Shown piece after piece: positions 13,801 through 27,900 of a stretch of 64,000 nt of DNA. How positions within the stretch are numbered: the stretch's first letter is position 1; each line of letters opens with the position of its first letter. The stretch is from Tubiluchus corallicola (Eukaryota; Animalia; Priapulida), in assembly GCA_030141605.1 (NCBI GenBank), contig JAQGDQ010000005.1:488607-552606 (forward strand). The letters are read 5' to 3'. The notes beneath the pieces were generated by a model, which had not been told where the DNA came from, ran no database searches, and saw nothing but the letters and a program-made list of their open reading frames with translations. Made by a program: the position numbers and the translations under genes.

Positions 13801-16800
13801 TGGTATTGTCCAGATTCATCATAACACTGGTACTGACTACTGGCTAGTAGCTAAAAAACTTGTGGATGCCACGACAATATCATTAAAAGTAAGTGGTGTT
13901 GATTATTAGCTTTGTGACATGATAAATGCCATGAATTTGTAACACAGCACAGTGATTTCAACATTTTAAAGGGAGTTTAGCTCAGTCAGTAGCTGTAAGG
14001 ACCCCACCCTTTGATAGGGGCTGCCATTTTAGTCTGATGTTATAGCACTACTAAAAAGTCATTGCTGATAGAAAATTTATTTTTTGTAATTGTATATTTA
14101 TTTAACTAAATTAAAGAAACACGAAGATTGTAGAAAAATAATTAATTGTTAAGCTTTAGCACTGGCATAGGAATAATATTTTTTGGTATAATTCCTTATT
14201 GAAAGCTCTTTTTTTGGCAATAGATTTTTATCTTTTGTGGCCTGGAATACACACCCTTGTTAACTTTGTATTATTTCCATTATACTTGAGACTGTATAAT
14301 TATTACATTTATGTTTTTATTGGACGTCAGGCAAAGTCTGGTATTGATGTTGAGTCATCTGAGATAGCACTTGCTTTTCCTGTTAGAAAACTGCAGCAGA
14401 CGAGACTGGGATCTTTCCCATTAAAACAACCAGCATTTGCCTTCCTGCCACTGCGAAGTTATGGATTTAGATTTATTATTCAAGGTAATGTGACTCAAAC
14501 ACGAGGTTTATTATTTAGTTGTGTATGCTGCATGGAATGACTTAAATTGATCATTCTTGATAAGATATATCTCGTACAGGTAACCAGTATCTTTCACTAA
14601 TAATTATTTTGTTGTTGGCTGTAAGCTGGTAGTTTATTAATAATGATAGATCGAGACCTTTTGTTTGATGTATAGATCACCGCAAATGTAGCCGTCGTCC
14701 GGGCTGTAGCCTCGAATCTTATATATATATATATAAAACACAAATAATAGTAATATATAGATTGGCCTTTCTTGTAGGAGATTTTGATGTTCCATCATCT
14801 AGGGAAGATGTAGACAGTGACAGTGCTTGGAACCAGTGGCTTCGATGTCAAATTCCATCTTTGTTTGTAGAGTCATTGGAATATTTTAAGGTATCATTAC
14901 TAAATATTTTTTGTGTGAAAAAATGACAGATTTCATATAATAGCAAGTTTAAAAGGTGATTTTTTATGCTTGTAGAACCAGCCTGGGACAAGTGATATAC
15001 AGGCCGTGTGCCAGTTTTTGCAGTTTATACCATTGGAGGACGAAATTCTCGGTTTTTTCAAACCAGTTGCTTCCGAGATTTTACATCAGTTGCGAGCTCA
15101 ACCTTGCATTCCTACACAACCTTTTAAAGGTGCATTTTTCTAAATTTACAGAACAGAAATATAGTTCATAAGCTGTATTTGCATCTTGTCAATATGACCA
15201 TAATATTGGTGCAGCTATACAGAGTGGTACATAATCTTTTGCTAAGAATACCGAAACAGCGAATAACAGTATCAAACAATTTATTATAGCAAAAAGTTGC
15301 TAAAACAATAATCTATCATGCCCTCAAACTTTAGTGTGAAAGCCCCATATATCTCCTACAGGCTGCAGTCTTAAGGTATATGATTGGAGCAATGACCTGA
15401 AAACTCTGGAATAATAGTATTAATTTTTTTCAATTCAATTGAATAGCCTGGAAATTCACCAGACCCAGCTGCCAACTGTGCCATACACATTTGAACTAAT
15501 CCGAATGATAGAGTGGATGCTAAGATGATAAAAACTTGCCATTGATCAGTGTTCAACAGATAATCTTGTGAGACATGTTATAAATATGATGGAGGATCTT
15601 GACTTCTTCAAGTCACTGCTTCAGTCATATCCGCAAGATGTATGAGGCTTTCACATCAAAGATTTGCTATTGTTTGGCAGTACTTTGATGTGCTAAACTG
15701 ATCTGTGCTAGTGCTTGTTGCTTTGTAACTCTTCGAAAAAGATTATGAACCACCTGGCATACGTTGAGTGCTAGATGTACTAACTTTGTGTACAAATACT
15801 GCATTATCAGCTAATGAACATTAAATTGATGGGAGCTACTATTTGCTAGCCATTAGTAGTACTGAAATTAGCACTTGTTGCATCAAACCACAACATTTTT
15901 TTATAAAATTCATTTAACTTAATGAATAGGTTTTTTGAGTTTCCTAATAATGTTTGATCATTATCATAAAGTGTATTAGAGATGATGTGCCTTGTTTAGA
16001 AAAAGTTGTTTTGTGTTGTTGTTGATTGATATAATTTTGTGGACTAATGTCCTTAGGTTTTTCAGTCAAACAAGAGAAAGCATTTTTTCAAAAAGTCAAC
16101 ATTTCATTTCAAAAAAATGCTCATAATATATAAAAATTTAACACATTTTAAGTTCAAGCCTAAATTTTGCAGAAGGTACACGCTTTTAATCTTTGTAAGT
16201 TCTTTAAGCACCCTGTTGATTTACTTTCAGTCTGATGTACATTCAGAACATGTAGTTTCATTTACATTGTCATTATAAATTCTTTTTCAGGAAAACAAGT
16301 TGAATGGAAAACTCCAAACCGAACAGTAATAGCTAGCAGCCCATTGCTGTATGATGTTGTGAATCCTTCACTTTTACTTGAGTGTCTTGGCTTGTACTAT
16401 GTTCACAGAGATGTTTCTGAGAGCTTGAACAATAGTTTGCTAACCAGTCTTGGTGCTCAAGTAGTTACTACACAGCATTTACTTGAAATAGGAAAGACAT
16501 TAGCTGTCAGCCCCAGCATGATGCCTCCAGGTATTTTTCTTCTTTTTTTGTTATTACATGACATTTTTTTCTCTTTTACAATTACCGTTCATTAATTTTT
16601 TAAGGAAATGTAATATTTTGGAAGACTGATACACTTATAGTTCAGTGAATAACATTGAATTTATTCAAACACAGATGTATTAGAGACACATATTGGTGGA
16701 AGCATACAACAGGTACAGCTAAGTCTATACTGATAACTAAATTGAACAAACTGTAAATATTCGTAATACTATATTAGAGGTATATGCTACTCGCATATTA

Positions 16801-19800
16801 TTATGCACTACTACAAACAGTTTGGTTAGAAATATACAAATAGGGAAACGGTGTTGAATTTCAAATGCTACAAATAAGAAACATAGCTATAAGATACATA
16901 TAAGATACCATAAGAACAATAGATAAAGTATAAGATACTCATTCCACTATCACTCGAATATTTCATGCTAATAAAACAAATTAAACTATAGTATTTGAAA
17001 GCATCTTACAGACATTCACTTTTGCAGATCTTAATCACAGCTATTGATGATTAGCGAGAGCTAATTTTAGCAGCATACTTAGTATTATGTAGCACTTAAC
17101 TGGTTTTCTCACTAATATGTTGTTAATTGGTGACTGGGTTTGTAAGCTATATAATCGCAATAGCTGAAATCATAACACTAGTTAATTATTTTTCATGCAT
17201 GTTTTGCTTCCACCTAAAGATGACATATATTGATGTACTAAATACTGAGCTGTTTATTCATTTAGTGTGTTAATTTTACAAAAAATTGCAAAAATTTGTT
17301 TGCCTTTCATGCTTTTACCATTATTAAAACAATGGCAAAAACTGCATTTTTGTTTTGCCAAAATTTTTATCTCGCTAACAATACCTTTTCTGTGTACATT
17401 GCTTTTCTAGTTGATCACATTAGCATTGTTTGCAAATGGCTTGCCTGTCTCTACCACAGTTTGGAAGAATTTCAAGACAATAATGCTATATTTGACCAGC
17501 TGAGACAATTGCATGTTATACCCCTAATGAACAAAACATGGGTGCGCCTTCTGGACAATACAGTCTTTTTTCCGCTGAGTGATTTACAACATACACATAG
17601 GAAGCAATCAGGTATATAAACTCTTGATTTAGTGCATAACTGAACTATGTGCTGTTGCTGTAACTTGGTATAATGAAATGTATTTTACACCATACTTATT
17701 TTCAGTTGTTGCATTTAGATGAGATAGTTTTGTTAAGTACATATGTTTATAGTAATTATAAGCTGAGCAGTAGTACATTTGTAAGAATAATCAGGTTGTG
17801 CAAAAAATGTGCCAAAGTTTTTTTTCACAATATTATAAGAAGAAAATAAAGGAATTGGTTGAAAATTACTACAATTGTGTTACAAATGCTTATGGATAAA
17901 TACATAAAATTCAGGTCATTCCAACTGTGTTTTTTCAAAAGATAAAGAAATTTAAAATGAACAAGTAAAAAATACCAAAAAAATCTTGTTTGTCACTATT
18001 GCTAAAATTTACAGCAAGTCCTTTATGTGCATGTCACCCATTTTAATTACATGCCTAAATAAAGGCATTTCTTTCAACAACTGTTTCTCACTTCTTTAAG
18101 GGGTATTTGGTCCCTGCACTCACTTTTTGTCTTTAGTTCCTTTACATCAAATAGCTCTGCATGGCCATCATACAGTTTCTTTTTAAGGAAATTCTAGATA
18201 CTGTAATCCAAAGATTAATACAGTAGGCGCCGCTTAATACACTCACTTTGGGGCCGACGTGTTTTGACCCAATTAGCCGACTGAACCTATTAAGCAATGG
18301 GTGTAGTATTACAGGTATAGAAGTATGAGTCATCAGCCTTTTATGCACTGCAACAGTTTTTAATGAATTTTAGAAACAAACTAATCCCAAAATTCCTTTG
18401 TGCAGTTAAAAATTAGAAAAAATATTTTAAAATATTAATTTATATAAATGAATTAGCAATAAGTTAAAAAGTATACTCTAAATCACAGACTTTTCTAAGT
18501 CTGTTTATTTGCAAAAGTTACAAAAATTCCTTCAAGGTTGGCTGCTTCTTTTTCTTGCGAAGAAGTTGGCCCACAAAGCTGTCGTAATTATAAAAATGTT
18601 GAAAATCTGTTGTTGTAAACGGTAGCAGAGCAGGTAAGCAAAACCGCTACGCTAGCCTATTAGCGCATGATAAGCGTTACTGCTTATCAACAAAATGGTA
18701 CTTAAATTGATTGTTTCTGGATACATAGTGCACAAAAGGGAAGTAAAGGTGACATAGAAGTAGGAAAGGTTCTTTGGACACATACAAATATCTCATTTTA
18801 AGTAGATGAAGGAAAAATATCGAGTCTTTTAAGCAGAGTTATTTGAGTCAATTATCGATAGTTTTATGTATATTAGAATAGAAGCGGCCCGTTCTAGGCG
18901 TTTTTGAGTCAATCAAGCGATTGAGTCTATTAACCGTGAGTCTGCTAAGTGGCACTGTAGCATTAATCCAAAGCATTTTTTCTTGATGATAAATCTATCT
19001 TTATCAGCATTTCATTTTCTGTAGTGAAGATCATGATGGTTGATTTCTTTGTTGTTTTATTGCCATGTCTTGATTGCTTTATACTCCAGTGCGGCTGTTT
19101 CTCAATTATTAATTATTAACTAACGTTGTTTCAGCATTTAAATTTTTAGCATGGAAAAGTTTGTCAGCTATAACCCAAAAACTGCTAAACCTATAAACTT
19201 GTAACTTTCACACCTGAACGTGGAACTACTTAGTGGCTTGGCCTGTGTTGTTATTTCCGTATTTGTGGCAATTTTCATCTGTCGGTAACATAACTTGGAT
19301 CAGCCTGTTGTTATATTTTATAACTCAAAACTATATCTTGTCTTTCATTTGTTGTTGGACCAAGTTACAAATGATTAATTTGCCTATTCCAGTGATTTCA
19401 GAAGCTTTGCAAGCAGACGTGAATACTATTGACCCAGAGCTGTTTTCCCATCAGGATAAAATTTTAACTTTACAAGTCCAGAAAATATTGGAACATTTGG
19501 GAGTTAAACAACTTCAACCATTTGATATTGTCATTCACCATATTATACCTACATTGAAAAGTGAAACGTGGAAGGTTTGTCACTATTATGTACTGAATTG
19601 AGCACAGGCTAGTATTAATTGTAGTCTGTTGTTTTAGCGCAACAAGAATAGTCACTAATTTGTCTTTTGTGCCTTCGGCTATTTAACACGTTGAAGGAAG
19701 ATTGTTGAAGATTTATCATGTTGAAGATACTGTTTGCGCATATGAATATAGCTATGACACCTCTGCCAGTTTACTGTCTCATCTCAGAGGATTATCTTTG

Positions 19801-22800
19801 ATACTAAGCATGGTCAAACTGTATAAAAACTGCAGTGTACCCAACTGTATAAAAACTATTGTTTAAATGCATGAATATCGGAAGATAGAGCTGTAAGCAG
19901 ATTTTGTAGGGACTGTTTGTTCTTTGTTCACAATTAAATTTGATGTGCATAGTTTACCAGTTTGTCAAAGAACATAATGGTTCTGTTACGTGTACCTGAA
20001 AGAACACTGCTATTAAGCACGAGAAACGTAGAATTTGTTCACTGCTTTGTCTTTCTCATTTTGATTCAGGAAAAGTCCTTGAAAATCTTAGAATACTACG
20101 TTGTATATGTCAAAGAACAGATGGAAAAGTCATCAAATGTAAACTTATGGGAAGAGGTACAGCCGGTTTTGAAACTTCGGACAAACCATGGTGTAGTGGC
20201 TCCTGCAGAGCAGTTCATTTACTTTTCTACTCATTATGGGAACAAACTTGATTTGAGTCAGCAGCTGCCAGGTATTTTTAGAAGTTGTCTCTTTAGTTAC
20301 ACAATGTAACTAGTGGATTTTATAAGTAACATTAGAATTGAGCATTCCAATTACTGTTATGTTTATGTTGTTCTCGGATCCAGCATAGACACTATTATAG
20401 GGATGAACCGAAGTGTCAAATGACCTACCAAAACAAAACTGAATTTTGACCATATCATAAGCTAAACTGAACACAAGCCAAATTGTAAGGGTGCACTGTA
20501 AACTGAATTAATCGAAGCTGACTTTTTACTTATTGTGAAAATGAAACCGAATTTGAATTTTAGGCAATTTTGATAACAGAATATTGATTCTTAAGGTAAC
20601 ATTATACAAATAGCCCTAAAGTACACCTGTTTGTTTTTATACATGATTCTGATAAAAATTAAAATGGCCTTGTTGTTTCATTACTGCCAAACTTTATATG
20701 GTAGAGTGAACAATCACGTACCCAAGTTTGATTTTTACTGCCTGTGTAAGCACTTGAGTTAATGCTTAGGCACGAACAAGGCCACATTTTTCACAGTCAC
20801 AGAATGACAAATTTACTAAAAGTAAAAACTTTCCTGACCCTGATGCCACTACCATAATCGTGAAGAACTTCAGCGATCAGCATGTGCCACACCAGCATGA
20901 AACAAAATTTCTTTCATTTTTTAATAATTGCTAAAAGTCTACGTCAACAAAATTGAGCAGCACGTAGACAAAATTTTTTTCATAATTAGTCTTCATAAAC
21001 AGAAACCTAACAGTAGTCATTAGCATTAAATTTATAAGTTTAGCATAGGATATCATATGTGCAGTCTGGAAATAACATGGCACACAAAAGGAAGGTAAAG
21101 TAAGTTTACTTAATAATATGAAAATGAAAATTCGGCCATAGATTTCCGGAAACCCAAATTTGCTAATAGCACCCGAACCAAATTACAACAAATTTGATAA
21201 TGCACTTTTCTACTGAACTGAAACATACCATAATTGATAACGCACTTTTCTACTGAACTGAAACATACCATAATTGATAATGCACTTTTCTACTGAACCG
21301 AAACATACCATAATTGATAATGCACTTTTCTACTGAACTGAAACATACCATAATGTTTAATTCGGTGACTGACAATTCAACAAATCTGAAATTCGGTACA
21401 TTCCCACACCGTCGACAAAATGTGGAACATTTTCTTATTTTAAATATTAAACAGTGCTTGTCATCCAGTGATGTCTATGACTGTTGGGCAAATTTTCATG
21501 TGTCTTAGAAGTAAGTTTCATTAAGGCTATCTCACTGTAGTAGGTTTTGGTTCTTTGGAAATTATATTAATATCATATACTGTTACTCCGGATAGAGGTT
21601 TTTGCCAGATAGCGAATACTGGATGTCGTCGAATATTTCTTCAAACCAGATAGATTAGCTAAATTCAAATGAATATTTGGATAATGAAAAATAGTAATTG
21701 TTTTTGTGAATAGTAAATAGTAGCTTTAGCATTTTTGTTTAGTCTGTCACCTTAGTTGACCCTAGTTTACACACTTTAAGGCACTATTAAGCAAAATCTG
21801 AAGGAGAATAAATAAATAAATAACTCAATGTTATTTATATATTTATTATATAAATATATATTAAGTTTGATGTTGCTACCCATTACTGTGGCTTTTTTTA
21901 CTTGTAAATTTATGTATTTGTAATTTTGTGCATTTTGTTTGGCTGTTAAGTGTAGCACAAATATTTAGCTACATTTATAATGATAGTGTTTTTGTCGGGC
22001 CACTACTGCGCGATATACCATATTCCCGCATACAAACGGAAACAAAATGCAGTGAAATTTCCGTCAAACACATACATAGCCTAACACAATCTCTGAATTT
22101 TCTTTTTGTAATATTTTATTTATTTATCTGCAGCTGCTGAATTATTCGAAAACCGTTATCAATGGCATATCATAAAAGCTGGAAACTAAAAAATATTCGA
22201 GAATATGAAAGCTTTGTAACTGCTGAATAATATCAGACACAAATAGCTGGAAACTCTCGTGAATATCACAATTTTTTGGATACGAGTCGAATATCCAGTT
22301 ATCATTTTATTGTTGGTGTGCAAATGGCGTTTTTTGAACGCGCTTTTACAAGTATTAATTTTAAAATTTCACTTCATTATTGCTAGTCTGATCTAATTGT
22401 TATTGAGTGAGTCTCAATCATTTTTGAGACTGAAATTATTTTTGAACATTTCTAAACCTACTTTCCAGCAATTCTGATATACTAATGAGTATAGTGGAAT
22501 TAAGGGATGACATCAGTAGGGGCATTTAATTGGTATTACATTTGTATTGAAGGCTATGATTGGACACTGCTAGATCCTTGCTACTTGGTGCATGATGAAA
22601 ACTGGCAAAACTGGAGAAGGTTTTTTGCCAAACTTGGCGTCCAAGACTTTTTAACTGCTACTAGAGATGAAAGAGTTATAACCAGAGACAATGCTGTAAG
22701 TTATTAATTCGGACTCCCAGATTTTATTTATACTTATTTTTAATAAAATTTCTCTAATTTAAGTTTTTGCGTGAGTATGTTTAAACATAACAAAAAAATT

Positions 22801-24884
22801 TTCAGTCTGTCTCTCCTTGGAGTTCACTTGTGGAAACTTGGCCAGAGACGGAAGACCAACAGTACCTCATCAAAGACTGGCGATCAAAGGAACTCATGTG
22901 CCTGCTTAAAAAAAACCATATGCCTAACACAATGCGTAATCAGATGACACATTTGTGTACAGTACTTGATAAGGTATTGGTGTTTATTATAATTAATTTT
23001 ATCACCTGGACTATAAAGCATTTTGCCATTTTTCTCATCTTTTTTCTTAATCATCAATATATTTTCCTGAGGATTTCTGAAACTAAGTCTGAAGACATCA
23101 TTTGCTTTGTTTAATCTTATTTTTAACTTCGGTTTATTTTAGACTTTTAGACTTAATGATCTATCTAACAACAATTTTGGAAAAGCATTTATTGGGTGTT
23201 GCAACTTTTTAGTTTTAACCCCTTGAAAAGTGATATTAATCATACTACATTTTCTGTGTTAGGAGTGGGATACTGGTGCTAGATTTAAACAGTATACCGA
23301 AGCAGAGGTTTGTGATGGTGATGGTAATGTCTTATGTACCACAGTGTCCAGCTTTAGTTTGCTACTTAAAACTACACCTTGGTTACCAACAGTCAATTTT
23401 CGTGGTAACAGCCAGGAGACACTGTCCATTCCACATAATGTTTATCTAAACGTTCCGGAGATTAAAAAGCTACTAACTGAACATGCTTTGTATTTGAAAG
23501 GTAAGGAGGAATCATTTTTGTGCTGTGTTGAGAAGTGGGTTGGTAAAAAGCCATATGCATAGTTCACAATTTCCCTAAGATTTTTCAGTAAAAATCCATA
23601 GAAAGTGAAAAGGACTTCAGTTTGTGTATGAGTTGTCTTTCATGTATGATGAATGAAAAATCACACAATTAAAAAACAAAGAAAATTAAAAAAGAAAGAG
23701 TCATAGTTTTTCGAAATTTAGATTTTTTACTAAGAAAATTCGATCACTGTTAAACAGATTTTCCTGTCCCTGTTGACTGTTTAATTGAACTCATTGAATT
23801 TGCACAAAAAATTCTTACTTTCAATTCAATAGGCAATTTCTTTGAAAAAATATTTCGGCCATGGGTAACCCTCTATCACCTGTTCTGACTATCTATTTTT
23901 AGAACTCATTGAATCTCACATTTTACTTCTTTAAGCGATACAAGAAAGTGATGATGTTCAGATTTTGACGATTTGCTCTGAAGATGGAACAGATTGTGAT
24001 GATAACTGTCGAATGTTAAATGGATTTTAACATTAAATTGTGTAAAACATTATGATCATTGTCATAATTTGCAAAAATGATCAGTTGCTTTTAATAATGG
24101 TTAATGCAGCTAATTCTGCTGGGACAGTTTAATTAGATATGCACTTTTTATATGTAGGACTACAAGCCTATTAGGGCACATAGTAAAAAAAACCTAGAAT
24201 ACTCAACTTTAAACTGTAAATCGGCTGTTAACTTCAACAAACAGTACTCTTGCTTTTTGTACCCTAAATGTATTCAAGTGACCTGAATTATACAAAGTTT
24301 ATCTGTCACTCATATGTCTTTATAACATTGTCTTATTCCGTCTTTTATTTGTGTTGTTATTAAAAGCAAATTATTAAACTAACAAATAATGCAATTTTTT
24401 ATATTGAATCTTGTCTTAAGGTTGTTTGTGACTACATTTCTTTTGTCTTGCATATAAATTTAGCATGTGTTAGGCAAGCACTACAATCTCCCGTGAAAAT
24501 TTTTCTCATGCTGTAATTTGGCTGAAATGGTGCCCAATGTGACCAACAGTCAAGTTTGTCTTGTGTCCACTTGTGACTAGTGATGTTTTGTTTTGAGCAT
24601 ATATCTGAGCACTACTAATCATGCTCTACACACTGCCCCTACATAAGCCCCTTTCCTTGTGCTCAAATATTACATTAAATGGTTATTTATATTCATCTGA
24701 AGAAGATCTACAGTTGCTGTTCAAAGCATTGTTTCTTTCCTTTTTCTTGTTTCTTAAATGTGGAACTTATTATTCATCGTCACTGTTCTTGTCATTTAAG
24801 AATTTTAAGAATTTATTTATATTGTCATTCATGTAGTTACTTAGGATTTAATGAAATGATATCATATAATTGCGAAGCAGCACG

Positions 24885-24981
<97 letters not shown>

Positions 24982-27900
24982 TGTGGGGGGGTTTGTATGG
25001 GTGTGAGTGTGGGTGGGTGTATGTGGGTGTGGGTGTGTGCGTGCATGCGTTTGTGTAAAAGAAGCATTTTAATCCTAATTTTGATGCGGTATAAAGACTT
25101 GCAATACTTGTTTGCTAAATAAGACCAATTGTTTGAATAAACATGTAATTTTTCAGCTAACATCAATGTTTGTGAAAGCACATTTGCAGAGCACATAAAC
25201 TTAAAAACAGTACTGACAGTGGATGCTTTAATTGAACACTTGCAAAGCTGGTCTGCAAGGGATCATTTAAACTCTAACATACCTGCCTTGTTTTCAACCA
25301 GTCTTTCACATATGAAGGTAAAGTGATTTTTAATGTTTCATATCTTGTGTTGTGGTTTTTTTTTTGAGGTAATTTAGTCATTTTTTGGCTTTTAGAGAAA
25401 AGACTAATTGTTACCACTGGCTGGTGAGTCCATTTTAACAAATTACTGTAGTTTGGACACTGTTTTTTATGTGGATATAGACAGTCTTTAGACAGTCAAT
25501 ACTAGAATCATGTTGCTTATAATTTTATGTTAATACAGGACCCAGTATCACATAGCCGTCTCTAACTTAATGACACCATTATTTATAGTTAACTGAATGT
25601 AATAATGACATCGTTAACTTTGTAACTTTATTTTGTGAAACCAGCCCCTTTTGCCATTTAATACATTTTAACACTATTGTTTTTAGGCTGTCTACTTGTA
25701 CTTGTCCCACAATGTTCCACCAAACAAGTTGAATCACATTCTAGCAAATCATCCTGTCATATTCATCCCATCTACAGTAGCAACGAATCCTGCTATGGTG
25801 ACTCAGGGTAAAATAGTTTTGATCTAAATTTGATGTTTAAAGAAATAAAGACATTGCATGTTTTTACACCTACACCTGATCCCCTCACAACTGTAATACA
25901 GAATTTAGATTTTAGAAGTTTAGCATTTTATAGCTGTTTCATTTGACACTTTACTTGACTTTGTTGAACATTTCATAAAAACCATTAGTCTGTATCTTTC
26001 AGCTAATAATAGATGAGATATCTAGACCTGTAATCATGTTTGTAATGGTCAATCAGCTAATGACCCAACTTCGCCACCGTGGAACTGTTTTCAAATTAGA
26101 GTTTACAAGAATATGTAGATTCAGTCAAAACTTGTGTGACATGACAAATGCAGTTTTAGTATATGCTCAAGTTTGGATTTGCACTTTACGACAATTTATT
26201 ACTACACATCAAATTGTTTTCATTCTGCAAACAAATAAAATTGTTAATGACAAATGGATTTTTCAGGTAAATTTCACTTTGCAAAAGACCTTTGTTGGAA
26301 TGATCCATCCGGAATGATGAGTAAATATCAAGCTTTGATGACTGAGTCAGGATTTCAGCCGCAGCTATTTCTCTGTGATATTTATTATCAGGAATCTGAA
26401 AGATACAGCAAAATTAGAGTAACATTTTGTGCTCATAATATTTAAACTACCTAAACAATTATGCTTTTGTAAGCATAGTTATATAACCTTTTTACCAAGT
26501 TTTCTATGAATAAGTAAAGTTGATTTGAAATATAATCTAAGTTTGTACCTAACGTAAGAATTTCAATAAGGAAAAATTAAGTTCGTGTTATGGAAATCTC
26601 AATCACAAAAAATGGCCAAACCATACAATTTGCATCTGCATTTTTGTGGGGTGCAAAGTGAAGTAGAGTTCTTTCTTGAAATTGGTAGTTTGTGAGTATT
26701 TTAACAAGTATGTTCTGACAGTTCTTTTTCTTTTACCACAATCACTTGGATGCAAGTATAGCAGTATTGAGGGAGCTTGTGTATTTCTGCTTGCCGCCTC
26801 TGTTTTCTCTCAAATAATAGACAACAAAAGATATTTTTATAAATATTTGCTGCTACCTTAGAGTAAAAATAAATTTGTAGGCATTGTGTTTTGTTTTATT
26901 TATTTCATGGCCATATCCAGTTACCTACAGTTTGGAATGTTTATTTTTGTTGAAATTTTTAGGAGCCAGACTATCGCCAGTTATTCATATATGGAGGTGG
27001 AGTGAGAGAAGATCCACCAATAATGGATTATGTACAGCTTGTACAAATTATCGCTACCAAAAATGAACCACCCACAAAGCCAATCATTCATGATGTGTGT
27101 GTTATATTTGAAACACTTGGCAAGAGATTAACTACAGGTAATTTACACTGCTGAGCAGCTGAGTATATAATCATCTTGCCTGTCTCAGCAAGACCATGCA
27201 CTGCATTTAGAATACAGATATTTTTTAAGTTTTTGAATCTAATTTTTGTTGAGTCTATAGTCTTTAAGCCAACCATAACCTGCTTGGGAAAAAATGAAAA
27301 TAGACGCAATAATTAATGTCAGTGTCATGTGCTTTGTCAAGTTTTCCGACATGTTCTAACAGTGGTGATGATGACAATAAAACGGTGGCTGTGGCTATGA
27401 CAGTATTTTATATGAGGTGTAATCAACAATGGTGGGGTTCTAAGAGCTCAGGCAAGTTTTTTAACTTAGGAACATAGCAGTTATTAGAAAGGTTACTTGA
27501 ACTTGAATATTGAGGAGTTCATCGGAAATGCAAACTTAAACTGAAGTTATAAGTTCATCTACTAAACTATGACAAAAAATTAAAAAATAAATAATTTCAC
27601 AGGAAACAGCGGTGTTAAGTTATACCAGCACTCAGATCGCACCGCTTTGGAACTGGAACTCTGCCAAACTCCAATTATTAACTTAAACTTAAGTAAATTT
27701 CATTCTGACTGGAGGAATTTGAACTTTAATTAAGCCAAATTCTGATAAAATTAATCCAAATGCAGGCAAATTTAGCCAAATCTAAGTGCAAAAATAGCTA
27801 AAATATTGCCAAATTCTCAAGGCAAATTCTTGAATGTTAGCTAAATAAGGATACATGTACAGGCTTACATACTTAGTTCATTAGTGCTGCTATTTAGGTA

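Noticed and set aside
21195-21354. 40-bp repeats as a CRISPR array
   Set aside because: Units are head-to-tail with no unique spacers, there are no cas genes, and the context is a eukaryotic intron. It is a minisatellite.
24679-25196. ORFs of 147 aa (+) and 119 aa (-)
   Set aside because: Translations of the (GT)n/(GCGT)n microsatellite. The real exon here is 25157-25317.
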